From a virus: a stretch of DNA of 41,748 nucleotides. The stretch's first letter is position 1. Each line of letters begins with the position of its first letter. The stretch is from IMG/VR virus record IMGVR_UViG_3300009537_000054, positions 1 to 41,748 of that record. One strand, written 5' to 3'. The translations under genes and the position numbers were made by a program. The notes under the pieces were generated by a model, which saw only the letters and a list, made by a program, of their open reading frames with translations, was not told the DNA's origin and did no database searches. This document shows positions 31,164 to 38,556 of the stretch, in pieces.

Positions 31164-31509
31164 GCAACCTGTTGTGTATCTGTTCACGCCTGAATATTGG
31201 CCCATGCCAAGACAAGATATTCAGGCCACAATGAGCAAAAAACATCTTGCCGCATTTGGCGCACGGCCATTGAACACGCTTCTCGTTCCAGTCGCCGTGC
31301 CAGTATTGGTGCCCGTATCTATCCCACGCTATCCTGTCAAATTGGTTCGCCGGTTTCTCTGGCTCCGGGATACCAGTAAACGACAAATCCTCAATGGCGA
31401 ATGTGTGTCGGCAAAATCGCTGCCGCAGCAACCCAACAAGTCGCTCTAGCCGACTCCCCAGAGCGTGGCATGTTTTCTGTAGCTTGGTCATGGCGCGGCT
31501 CAGCTCCAT
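31153..31509 (-). CDS. Hypothetical Cys/His/Trp-rich early protein
   Basis: 118-aa ORF with codon usage consistent with its neighbours. CAKCGKMFFAHC motif. Confidence 0.45.
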   Translation of the reverse strand: MELSRAMTKLQKTCHALGSRLERLVGLLRQRFCRHTFAIEDLSFTGIPEPEKPANQFDRIAWDRYGHQYWHGDWNEKRVQWPCAKCGKMFFAHCGLNILSWHGPIFRREQIHNRLHEG

Positions 31510-31913
31510 CGTTCTGGTGGCATCCCCGGGTCTTCGTCATCCCACACCGGACCACCTGTAAGCTCCTCAGATGCCCTGTGGGGCGCTGTCTCGGTTTGGG
31601 CTTGGTTGGTATCGGGTCCGCGCTTCACGGCTGACGTAGCCTGTGCTCGTCTCGCCTGATCGGCCTTTTGCGCTATCTCCATTGCCTCAAGGGCGGCGAG
31701 TAGCCTGTTTCCCTCTGGGACTGGCTTGCCGAGTTCGGCGGCGGTTTCCTGATAGGAGCGTTCCAGCGAGTAGGTCCAGCCGTTATTCAGGAGGCGTTGG
31801 GCCTCAAATACCGCGAGGTCTTCGGCCTTCTCTCTGGCCCTGGTGAACTCATCCAGGGTTTCGGTCGGGTAGGTGGATATGCGCCTTGGGTTCTCGGCGA
31901 CAATATGTTTCAT
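31500..31913 (-). CDS. Hypothetical early protein
   Basis: Start reset to ATG 31913 (ATGA overlap, GGAGAG RBS). 137 aa. Confidence 0.5.
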   Translation of the reverse strand: MKHIVAENPRRISTYPTETLDEFTRAREKAEDLAVFEAQRLLNNGWTYSLERSYQETAAELGKPVPEGNRLLAALEAMEIAQKADQARRAQATSAVKRGPDTNQAQTETAPHRASEELTGGPVWDDEDPGMPPERWS

Positions 31914-32488
31914 GTGCTCTCCAGTTGTTTCTGGTCTTCGTCTTTCCCGATCTGCGGCGTCCGTTCCACAAAATTTCCCCAAGGCAAGTAGTGTCGTGCG
32001 CGTTCTATCGACATCCTGCCCTGCTCGACCGCTTCCCTGATGGCGGTTTCAGTCTGGTGCTGATCTGTTCCCAGACTGGCAACCCAGCGGATCGGTTTGC
32101 GCTCGCCTCTGGCCTTGGCGACTTCCTTGTTGTAAACCTCGATAAAGGCCATGCGGGCGGCGATCTCATCACCGTGGATTTGATCGGCGGCGGCGTGTGC
32201 GGTTCGCATTTCCTCAGTCCAGACAACCGTCGTCTCTTCGTCCCGTGGAACCATTGCCCATGCCTGTTGTGCGCCGGGCCGGCCGTCGTCGATTCGGCTG
32301 ATGACTTCGGCGGGAGTCAGTCTGAATCCCTTCACCTCCTGCGCGCATTTTATCAGGGCGGCATGAATGACTGGCTCCGGGTAGCCGTCAAGTACGGTGG
32401 TGAAGACATTCACGGCACCGTCGCTCAGGTTGTGTCCTAGGGCTTCGGCGGTCTGGATGATGGCTTGGGCTATGTCGGCTTTGCTCAT
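31910..32488 (-). CDS. Possible helicase-loader / replication accessory protein
   Basis: Start reset to ATG 32488 (ATGA overlap). 192 aa. The call rests on its position downstream of the initiator and a weak resemblance to G39P-like loaders. Confidence 0.3.
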   Translation of the reverse strand: MSKADIAQAIIQTAEALGHNLSDGAVNVFTTVLDGYPEPVIHAALIKCAQEVKGFRLTPAEVISRIDDGRPGAQQAWAMVPRDEETTVVWTEEMRTAHAAADQIHGDEIAARMAFIEVYNKEVAKARGERKPIRWVASLGTDQHQTETAIREAVEQGRMSIERARHYLPWGNFVERTPQIGKDEDQKQLEST

Positions 32489-32811
32489 GGTTCCTCCCCG
32501 GTTAAGGCGGCGTTGGGTGCGACAACCCTCAAGAAATCTATTAGCCGAACGTAGGCGAATGGCGATGGCGGCGCGTTGCTCGTCATATACACTGGCCCGT
32601 ATTGCACTGCTAGAACCATCCCCGATGGCGAGTGATAAAACACATCCATACCTAACAATTGCAGCGTTGCCTTGGCATGAACTGTTTCCCATGCAATCTT
32701 TGCAATGCGGTGCCCATGTTCTTCGTGGTCGTGTCCCTTTTCCGGAGTGATGCCGCTGCCGATGTTGTACCACCATGCATCAAATCCTTCTCTGGTTTTT
32801 GGCTCTGTCAT
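32485..32811 (-). CDS. Hypothetical early protein
   Basis: 108 aa with ATGA coupling. Confidence 0.45.
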   Translation of the reverse strand: MTEPKTREGFDAWWYNIGSGITPEKGHDHEEHGHRIAKIAWETVHAKATLQLLGMDVFYHSPSGMVLAVQYGPVYMTSNAPPSPFAYVRLIDFLRVVAPNAALTGEEP

Positions 32812-33062
32812 GGCTTGCTCCTCAGCTTTTCGTTAGCCCTCAATGCTTCAATCTCATTTTCAAGTTTGGTCAGTTCGTCCCGATAGCACACACAATCCCC
32901 GATACCGCGAGACTTCGGGCACCGGCAATCGTGCGCCTCGCAGCAGGAGTAACATCCTCGTGTGCTCTCTGCCATTGTCCAGCAGTAGTAAAATTGCCGA
33001 AGCAGAGCAAGTTCATGGCTAACAACCCCTTCAACGGGACGCGGTTCGTCAGTGTTGCTCAT
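32808..33062 (-). CDS. Cys-rich small protein
   Basis: 84 aa with 9 Cys (…CYSCCEAHDCRCPKSRGIGDCVCY…) and a C-terminal coiled-coil segment. Confidence 0.5.
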   Translation of the reverse strand: MSNTDEPRPVEGVVSHELALLRQFYYCWTMAESTRGCYSCCEAHDCRCPKSRGIGDCVCYRDELTKLENEIEALRANEKLRSKP

Positions 33063-33214
33063 GGCTTTTCCTCCGCAAACTCAATCAACGCCCGATAGGC
33101 GTCAGCCAGTTCCGGGTTCTGTTCATCAAGCATTTCGGTTTCTTCGCCCTCGTCCATATTGATTTCGTGGGCTTCGATGATTGCTTGTGCGTGCTCTCTC
33201 GTAAATTCACTCAT
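33059..33214 (-). CDS. Small acidic protein (51 aa, absent from the ORF track)
   Basis: MSEFTREHAQAIIEAHEINMDEGEETEMLDEQNPELADAYRALIEFAEEKP. ATGA overlaps at both ends. Confidence 0.5.
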   Translation of the reverse strand: MSEFTREHAQAIIEAHEINMDEGEETEMLDEQNPELADAYRALIEFAEEKP

Positions 33215-34128
33215 GGCTTTGCCTCGTATTGTGCGCGCATCCTGGCGATCTGGTCCTGATTGGTTTGGCTCTTATCCAGTTGGCGTGCGTGGGTGGTGGT
33301 GATTTTTGTCCCTGTTGCCCATTCCGTCCTGAGTTTCTCGGCGTCTGCCAGTAGTATTCCGATGGCGTGGCATTTGGTGATGTAGTAGCTATTCCCGTGT
33401 GTCAGGAAAAAGGCGGCGACTTCCGGCGATTCTTTCCCAAGCCTTTTCACAAGCTGCTTAATCTGGCCGTTCACCTTAGCGTTGCGGATCGGGTCCACCT
33501 TGTAGCGCTTGGCGTAGGCGTCTCGGTAGGCGGCCCAGGTGAGCTGTTCGGTTGTGGCAACTTCTGGTTCCAGCTTGAAGCCTTCCTTGTCTACGTGGTG
33601 GCCGTTCTTGCCCGTCGCAGCTTGCTGCGCGGAAGATGTAGTAGTCTCTGTAGTAGTCTCTGATGTAGTCTCTGTAATAGAAATCAGGCTTTCCCTGATT
33701 TGCAAATCCGTCTTACCCTGATTTGCTAATCCGGCTTTCCCTGATTTGCTTTCAGGCTTTCCCTGATTTGGTCGATCAGGCTTTCCCTGATTTGCTTTGG
33801 CATGGTCCAGCATCATTTCTTCTAATCTTTTCTCCAATACGTTCAACTGTACTTTGAAGAAAACAGTTTTATCTCCTCTGCGCTCATCCCATAGTCCTGA
33901 TTCTCGCAACTTCTTTCTGGCGGTGGCCTGTTGCTCCCACGTCAACCCGATCTCCTGCTCCCAGTCCTCTGCGCTCTTGTAAAACCAGCCATCCGGGTCT
34001 TTCGCTTTGGGTGTCCAGTAAACGGCCTGAGATAGCATCAGGGCGGCGTTTATTGATCCAGTTATTGTGACGTAGCTGCGCTGGAACGCGATGGTTCTGG
34101 ATAGGTCGATCAGTGGGGTCTTGCTCAT
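33211..34128 (-). CDS. Replication initiator (lambda O-like / replisome organiser) carrying the origin
   Basis: 305 aa. The N-terminal region looks like a winged helix. The central low-complexity linker (NQGKP repeats, TETT repeats) is encoded by the iteron array, as in lambda O. Confidence 0.6.
   Translation of the reverse strand: MSKTPLIDLSRTIAFQRSYVTITGSINAALMLSQAVYWTPKAKDPDGWFYKSAEDWEQEIGLTWEQQATARKKLRESGLWDERRGDKTVFFKVQLNVLEKRLEEMMLDHAKANQGKPDRPNQGKPESKSGKAGLANQGKTDLQIRESLISITETTSETTTETTTSSAQQAATGKNGHHVDKEGFKLEPEVATTEQLTWAAYRDAYAKRYKVDPIRNAKVNGQIKQLVKRLGKESPEVAAFFLTHGNSYYITKCHAIGILLADAEKLRTEWATGTKITTTHARQLDKSQTNQDQIARMRAQYEAKP
33639..33674. repeat. Tandem 12-bp repeat x3 (tagtagtctctg) adjacent to the iterons
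   Basis: 33639..33650 and 33651..33662 are identical, and 33663..33674 differs by 1 nt. The repeat encodes the TETT/SETT repeats. Confidence 0.85.
33685..33795. repeat. Iteron array, putative origin of replication (5 x 19 bp, consensus CMGGCTTTCCCTGATTTGC)
   Basis: Copies start at 33685, 33708, 33731, 33753 and 33777 (spacing 22-24 bp). An AT-richer stretch follows at 33800..33880. Confidence 0.75.
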
Positions 34129-34152
34129 GCTTTGCTCCTGTTGTGCCAGGGC

Positions 34153-34181
34153 TTGCGGAGCGGGAGGGAATCACGGATACT
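34153..34181 (+). promoter_or_regulatory. Weak candidate promoter for an antisense RNA (TTGCGG - 17 nt - GATACT)
   Basis: Read on the plus strand in the intergenic region upstream of the initiator gene. It lies ~75 nt upstream of the plus-strand terminator. Confidence 0.2.
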
Positions 34182-34228
34182 TCGTTCCGTAAGTCCCCGC
34201 CCTGCTCCTCAAGCTTCAGGCGGTTCTG

Positions 34229-34257
34229 GCCCCAGGCTTCACGGCTTGGGGCTTTTT
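34229..34257 (+). terminator. Plus-strand rho-independent terminator in a minus-strand-only region
   Basis: GCCCCAGGC - uucacg - GCUUGGGGC (9 bp including one G.U) followed by UUUUU. On the minus strand the hairpin is not followed by a U-run. Confidence 0.6.
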
Positions 34258-34270
34258 ACTTCGGGGTCTT

Positions 34271-34531
34271 TCATCTTAGGCTTCCCTTGCCCCGGCGTCT
34301 AGCGTTTGCGTCGCTTCGGCTTTTAATGGCTCTTTTCCTGACCTCGGCCTGGTAGATGTGGAACCTTCGCAATGAGTCAAGCCATTGCTGCGCTGCTTTT
34401 ATGTCCGCCACTTCGCGTTTGTTGGCGTTCTTTTCGCCAATCGATTCTGTGATGATGCCCTGAACGGTTGTCAATCCTAGCTGTAGGCCACGCTCTATCC
34501 GCAGGTTGTACCTTGGTTTGCGGTGGCTCAT
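34271..34531 (-). CDS. Small basic protein upstream of the initiator gene
   Basis: 86 aa with ATGA coupling upstream and a Lys/Arg-rich C-terminus. Confidence 0.5.
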   Translation of the reverse strand: MSHRKPRYNLRIERGLQLGLTTVQGIITESIGEKNANKREVADIKAAQQWLDSLRRFHIYQAEVRKRAIKSRSDANARRRGKGSLR

Positions 34532-34824
34532 GGCTTCTTTCCTGCTTCGTAGTCTCTCAAGGCTACCTTTAGTTCGGTGGTTATGTCGCCACCAAGAGGT
34601 TCGTTTTTTGCCGCCTCCACCACTGGCCGCATACGCTCGATCTCTGCTTCCGCTGCTGCAAGCCTCCGGGTGAGTTCATTGTAGGAGGCGGATTGCTCTT
34701 GGGCTTTGGTGAGTTCGTTTTTCAAATAATCAATTTCGTTTCGATGCCACGAAAGAACAGCGTCAGGGTCATCGAATGATGGACAATCCTTGTGGCTGTA
34801 TCTATTTCTACTTGTATCACTCAT
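34528..34824 (-). CDS. Hypothetical coiled-coil protein
   Basis: Start reset to ATG 34824 (ATGA overlap, GGAGGAAAAGCC leader). 98 aa. Confidence 0.5.
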   Translation of the reverse strand: MSDTSRNRYSHKDCPSFDDPDAVLSWHRNEIDYLKNELTKAQEQSASYNELTRRLAAAEAEIERMRPVVEAAKNEPLGGDITTELKVALRDYEAGKKP

Positions 34825-35126
34825 GGCTTTTCCTCCTTCTTCGCCGGGTCTGCTTTGGCCTTGGCAAGCTGGAATATCACCGCAGCGGCGTCTACCGGGA
34901 ACGGTGCTCCCCATTCCGCGATCAGGTTGATGTCCGAGGCTTCGTCTTCGTTCTCACCGAAGTTCACGCCGCCGATGTACGCCTCGATCTCCCCGGTGGT
35001 TTTGTCGCGACCGTAGATGATGCCGATCATGAGTGGCGGTCCGAATGGCGGGTACTGCGTAAACCACGCGGTACGCAGCACGTCTATCCCGTTGTTGGTG
35101 GTCATGGTTCCATTGGTGGTGATCAT
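34821..35126 (-). CDS. Hypothetical early protein
   Basis: Start reset to ATG 35126 (ATGA overlap). 101 aa. Confidence 0.5.
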   Translation of the reverse strand: MITTNGTMTTNNGIDVLRTAWFTQYPPFGPPLMIGIIYGRDKTTGEIEAYIGGVNFGENEDEASDINLIAEWGAPFPVDAAAVIFQLAKAKADPAKKEEKP

Positions 35127-35353
35127 GGCTTTCCCCTCCATCCTATTTTCAAGTCTCTCAGGTTCGTGAGCGCACTGGTGTAGTCTTGGTATTCGTCCCA
35201 GTTCCCGGCGCAGTTGTAAACGACCCAGACCCCGTCTGTTTTGCCCTCACGGATTTCCTTGATGATCCCGTTCTCCCATTCCTCTTCGGTGTAATGCGCT
35301 GGCTGGTAGCGCACCGGCATCCCTACTTGCAAGGATTTGATGTCGATGATCAT
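35123..35353 (-). CDS. Hypothetical early protein
   Basis: 76 aa with ATGA coupling. Confidence 0.5.
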   Translation of the reverse strand: MIIDIKSLQVGMPVRYQPAHYTEEEWENGIIKEIREGKTDGVWVVYNCAGNWDEYQDYTSALTNLRDLKIGWRGKP

Positions 35354-35754
35354 TTCTTGGCCTCGTTCGCTCTAATCGTTTTTCCACAGAAAACTGAACT
35401 GTTGAAAAACCGCATGTTGATGCCGCTCTTCGGAATAATGAAACACAGTGCGCCAGTTGGAACGGCTGACGTCAACTCAAAGTGTTCGTCCGACCCAAAG
35501 AATACGTGACTTGTTTGTCCTCCACATTCTTTGCATGGCGGCCCGCCAAACGGTGATGCAATATACAAACCTTCTGCGCGCAGATCATCCGGGCCTTCAA
35601 CACCTGTGCCAAGGTAGATTGGCTCTATCTCTTTGCACTTATTGCATGCGTATAAATATTTCGCATGCACCATGTAGTTCCGCCCGGCAACCGCATCCTC
35701 GATGGCGCGAGCATGTTTTTTGCTGCTGACTTCATGACCTTGTTTTGTTTTCAT
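35350..35754 (-). CDS. Hypothetical Cys4 protein
   Basis: 134 aa with CNKC ... CKEC. Confidence 0.5.
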   Translation of the reverse strand: MKTKQGHEVSSKKHARAIEDAVAGRNYMVHAKYLYACNKCKEIEPIYLGTGVEGPDDLRAEGLYIASPFGGPPCKECGGQTSHVFFGSDEHFELTSAVPTGALCFIIPKSGINMRFFNSSVFCGKTIRANEAKK

Positions 35755-35927
35755 GGATTCCTCCCATCGTTTGGTGGTGTGCCTACAATCTCCTCGCGGA
35801 TTATCTTGACGTTATCGGGTGCGGCAATGCCGATGCCTACCTGCCCACGATCAAGCCGGAGTATGGTGATCTTGATATCGTCACCGATCAAAATACTCTG
35901 ATTCATTTTCCTTGTTAGGACCAACAT
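35751..35927 (-). CDS. csrA: CsrA/RsmA-family RNA-binding translational regulator homologue (58 aa, absent from the ORF track)
   Basis: [58 protein letters not shown]. This is colinear with E. coli CsrA [47 protein letters not shown], including the MLxLTR and REEI motifs. GAGAGGAAA RBS; ATGA overlap with the next gene. Confidence 0.8.
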   Translation of the reverse strand: MLVLTRKMNQSILIGDDIKITILRLDRGQVGIGIAAPDNVKIIREEIVGTPPNDGRNP

Positions 35928-35929
35928 AA

Positions 35930-36127
35930 TTATTTCCTCTCTGTGCGTTTCCGCAGATTCAGGAGCTTGGCGATCAGGTCATCAAGCTCATTCGCTTTAA
36001 CCTTGATCCCGACACGGGAGACATCATGCCAATCAGTTGGCTCCCATCCGGTTATAATGAAACCGTTCCTAACACGGATCGCGGTCTGGCCGTAGTCATC
36101 GCCCCACTTTGTGAAGTTGCTTGCCAT
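35930..36127 (-). CDS. Hypothetical early protein
   Basis: 65 aa with an AAGGAG RBS. Confidence 0.5.
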   Translation of the reverse strand: MASNFTKWGDDYGQTAIRVRNGFIITGWEPTDWHDVSRVGIKVKANELDDLIAKLLNLRKRTERK

Positions 36128-36141
36128 GTTGTGCTCCTTGT

Positions 36142-36357
36142 TTATTGTGTGTGAACGGTTACAAGTTTAGTGCCGTCCGGTCGGTCCTCTACATGCCCGC
36201 CGAAGTAAGCCGCGAACTCTCCGCCCCCGTCTGCCAGCTCGATGAGTTCATCTCTCCCCGGCCAGTACCCAGTGAGAAGGGTGGCGTTGTAGGTTGTCCG
36301 GCCACTGAGGATGCGGTCGAGCATGAAGGTGATCTCTGCATCATTGCTGGCTTTCAT
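36142..36357 (-). CDS. Hypothetical early protein
   Basis: Start reset to ATG 36357 (GGAGGG RBS, ATGA overlap). 71 aa. Confidence 0.5.
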   Translation of the reverse strand: MKASNDAEITFMLDRILSGRTTYNATLLTGYWPGRDELIELADGGGEFAAYFGGHVEDRPDGTKLVTVHTQ

Positions 36358-36614
36358 TTCGTTCCCTCCGGTTTGGTTTCTGCAAGCACGATCATTATCT
36401 CCTCCGCAGCCCTGCCCCATGTCTTCGACCCGCCGGCGGTCGCCTCGATCTCTGCCAAGCAAAGAACTCCGTTCAGCGTTGCACGGAGCAGGTCAATCTC
36501 TGCCTTGAGGATTTCTTCTGTTTTCATGGTGCCCTCCGTTGGTGTGTACGCATTGAAGTCGCCAGGCTCAAGGTGAGTCTGGGCGTATTTGGTGCTGTGC
36601 TGGGATTGGGTCAT
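36354..36614 (-). CDS. First gene of the minus-strand early operon
   Basis: 86 aa from ATG 36614 (GGAGAG RBS). An alternative start at ATG 36527 also has a GGAGGG RBS. Confidence 0.45.
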   Translation of the reverse strand: MTQSQHSTKYAQTHLEPGDFNAYTPTEGTMKTEEILKAEIDLLRATLNGVLCLAEIEATAGGSKTWGRAAEEIMIVLAETKPEGTK

Positions 36615-36646
36615 GGTGGCTCTCCGTGTCGGTTGGTACTGTAACG

Positions 36647-36675
36647 ATTGAACGACAATTCACGGCAAAGGTCAA
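36647..36675 (-). promoter_or_regulatory. Candidate leftward early promoter (TTGACC - 17 nt - TTCAAT)
   Basis: Read on the minus strand in the 161-nt divergent intergenic region. It is bracketed by an 8-bp inverted repeat TGTAACGA (36640..36647) / TCGTTACA (36677..36684). Confidence 0.35.
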
Positions 36676-36712
36676 GTCGTTACAAATATTTATTTTTACC
36701 CCTATTTTTCCC

Positions 36713-36742
36713 TTGCTTTTATGCCTTTTCTCGGTTTACTAT
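36713..36742 (+). promoter_or_regulatory. Candidate rightward early promoter (TTGCTT - 18 nt - TACTAT)
   Basis: Plus strand, ~34 nt upstream of the erf start codon. The match is weak. Confidence 0.25.
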
Positions 36743-36775
36743 CGTTTCTCTACACACGCACATGAGGAGCATTTA

Positions 36776-37519
36776 ATGTCTAATTCTGCTAATTTGTTGC
36801 CCACTACCGCCGCTGAGGTTGATCTGGTAGCAACTCCTACACCGATGACCATGATCCAGATAGCCATACAGCACGGCGCTTCTGTAGACGTGCTAAAGAA
36901 TCTATGGGATCTGCAAGTCCAATGGGAAGCACACGAGGCGCGTAAGGCTTACGTCGTGGCAATGAATGCGTTCAAAGCCAACCCGCCGATTGTCATCAAG
37001 GACATGCTCAATAAACAATATGATTCTCGGTATTCTTCTCTGGCCAATTTCGTCAACACGGTAAACCCGGAGCTGAGTAAGTTCGGCCTCTCTGCATGCT
37101 GGCGTCCTGATCAGACAAATGGGATTAGTGTCACCTGCGTGGTAACACACGCTCAGGGACACAGCGAGTCGGCGACTTTGTCCGGCCCTCCAGACGACTC
37201 TGGGAAAAAGAATCCACTACAGCAGATAAAATCAACAATCACTTATCTCGAAGGTGCGACGTTCCAAGCCATCACCGGGATGGTTGCCTCTGATGGATCG
37301 GATGATGACGGGAATGGTGCAGGAACAACGGAAGTAATCACCACAGATCAGTGCATCGTCATAAACGATCTGCTCACCGAAACAAAAAAGCCCAAGGAAA
37401 AGTTTCTCGAACAGTTCAAGTTTGAGAGTCTTGAATCAATCCCGGCGTCTGAGTACGAACGGGTTCTTCTGGCACTGAATGAGCGAAAGGCCAAGATGGC
37501 GAAGAGGGCGCAGTCATGA
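36776..37519 (+). CDS. erf: ERF-family single-strand annealing protein
   Basis: Start reset to ATG 36776 (GAGGAG RBS). The pattern ...NKQYDSRYSSLANFVNTVNPELSKFGLS...VTCVVTHAQGHSES...PLQQIKSTITYLEGATFQAITGM...DDDG parallels P22 Erf. Confidence 0.65.
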   Translation: MSNSANLLPTTAAEVDLVATPTPMTMIQIAIQHGASVDVLKNLWDLQVQWEAHEARKAYVVAMNAFKANPPIVIKDMLNKQYDSRYSSLANFVNTVNPELSKFGLSACWRPDQTNGISVTCVVTHAQGHSESATLSGPPDDSGKKNPLQQIKSTITYLEGATFQAITGMVASDGSDDDGNGAGTTEVITTDQCIVINDLLTETKKPKEKFLEQFKFESLESIPASEYERVLLALNERKAKMAKRAQS

Positions 37520-38142
37520 TTATCCATGACGTTATACAGGGGAATCCCGAGTGGTTCGCTCTACGGGCAGGGAAGCCGACGGCCTCTGAGTTTTCCAAAC
37601 TTGTCACCAGCACTGGAGAGGTGTCGAAGTCGTTATCCGGTTATGCCATTACGTTGGCCGGCGAACTGTACTCAGGTAAACCATTGGATGCGTGGGAGGG
37701 GAATTCTCACACTGACCGAGGGAAGCTTCTGGAAGGCGATGCGCGGACAATGTATGCATTCCTGAATGACACCGAACTTACGCAGGTCGGGTTTGTAACC
37801 GACGACGAAGGGCTTTATGGATGTTCTCCTGATAGCCTCATCGGAGATGATGGCGGCTTGGAAATAAAAGCACTCAAGGCAGAGAATCATATCAAGGCAA
37901 TCCTGTACTACAGGAAACATAGCCGATGCCCGCCCGACTACATCCAACAGGCGCAGGGAAACATCATGGTGTGTGAGCGGGAATGGTGGGATGTGTTCTT
38001 CTACCACCCTGACCTCCCACGTCTGACGGTCCGTATCAATCGCTCTGATTCACTGATCACCGCCATGCGGGAACAGATTAAAAACGTGATTGCGGAACGT
38101 GATGAAATTCTGGAAGAGTTAGGACAGATCATCAAGGGGTAA
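37516..38142 (+). CDS. YqaJ-like / lambda-exonuclease-like recombination exonuclease
   Basis: 208 aa. N-terminus QGNPEWFALRAGKPTASEFSKL and a PD-(D/E)XK-like core GCSPDSLIGDDGGLEIKALK. ATGA overlap with erf. Confidence 0.65.
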   Translation: MIIHDVIQGNPEWFALRAGKPTASEFSKLVTSTGEVSKSLSGYAITLAGELYSGKPLDAWEGNSHTDRGKLLEGDARTMYAFLNDTELTQVGFVTDDEGLYGCSPDSLIGDDGGLEIKALKAENHIKAILYYRKHSRCPPDYIQQAQGNIMVCEREWWDVFFYHPDLPRLTVRINRSDSLITAMREQIKNVIAERDEILEELGQIIKG

Positions 38143-38204
38143 ATCATGATCGGGTTACGAATTGGAGGATGTATGAGAGGGTACTTTGAGATTGGAATTT
38201 ACCA

Positions 38205-38528
38205 ATGAGCTTAAACGTGGCATTGCTGGTAACTAAACCGACAGAAGTATATAGCGCGAACATTACGCACAACCTTGGCGCGATGGCGGAAGAAGCCGGG
38301 ATTTATAAGCACTTGTGGAGGCCAGAAGAGTTGGGGTTGACGGTGGCAGGAGAATTGATTGAGCCATTACGCGCCGGACTCGCTTTGATGAAGCAAGACC
38401 CGGAGCGATTCAGAAAGCACAACGCGCCAAACGGATGGGGTATGTACGAACACTTCGTTCCGTTCGTTGAAGGATACCTCACGGCTTGCGAAGAAACTCC
38501 GGGCGCGACAATCTGGATTTCACGGTGA
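38205..38528 (+). CDS. Hypothetical early protein
   Basis: 107-aa ORF with a compact junction. Confidence 0.5.
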   Translation: MSLNVALLVTKPTEVYSANITHNLGAMAEEAGIYKHLWRPEELGLTVAGELIEPLRAGLALMKQDPERFRKHNAPNGWGMYEHFVPFVEGYLTACEETPGATIWISR

Positions 38529-38556
38529 TGCCTAACAAGTGATAAAGGAGTAAACC

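Noticed and set aside
29736-31449. Plus-strand ORFs of 214 and 247 aa in the early region
   Set aside because: They run antisense to a chain of tightly coupled minus-strand genes that have RBSs and ATGA overlaps. The translations are Arg/Ser/Leu/Cys-rich with no motif.
33685-33795. Regularly spaced 19-bp repeats considered as a mini CRISPR array
   Set aside because: The spacers are only 3-5 nt, the array lies inside a coding sequence, and there are no cas genes. The geometry fits iterons, not CRISPR.
36650-36659. 10-mer TAACGATTGA also present at 39721..39730, plus other 9-10-nt recurrences such as TGTAACGAT
   Set aside because: Hundreds of 10-mer coincidences are expected by chance in a 41.7-kb sequence. 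I treated only repeats of 20 nt or more, or clustered periodic repeats, as significant.
38146-38208. 20-codon ORF MIGLRIGGCMRGYFEIGIYQ whose end resembles the N-terminal GIG(I/V)Y motif of SpoU/TrmH methyltransferases; possible gene remnant
   Set aside because: Only about 10 residues of similarity are available and the downstream gene is unrelated to SpoU. It cannot be distinguished from chance without a database search.
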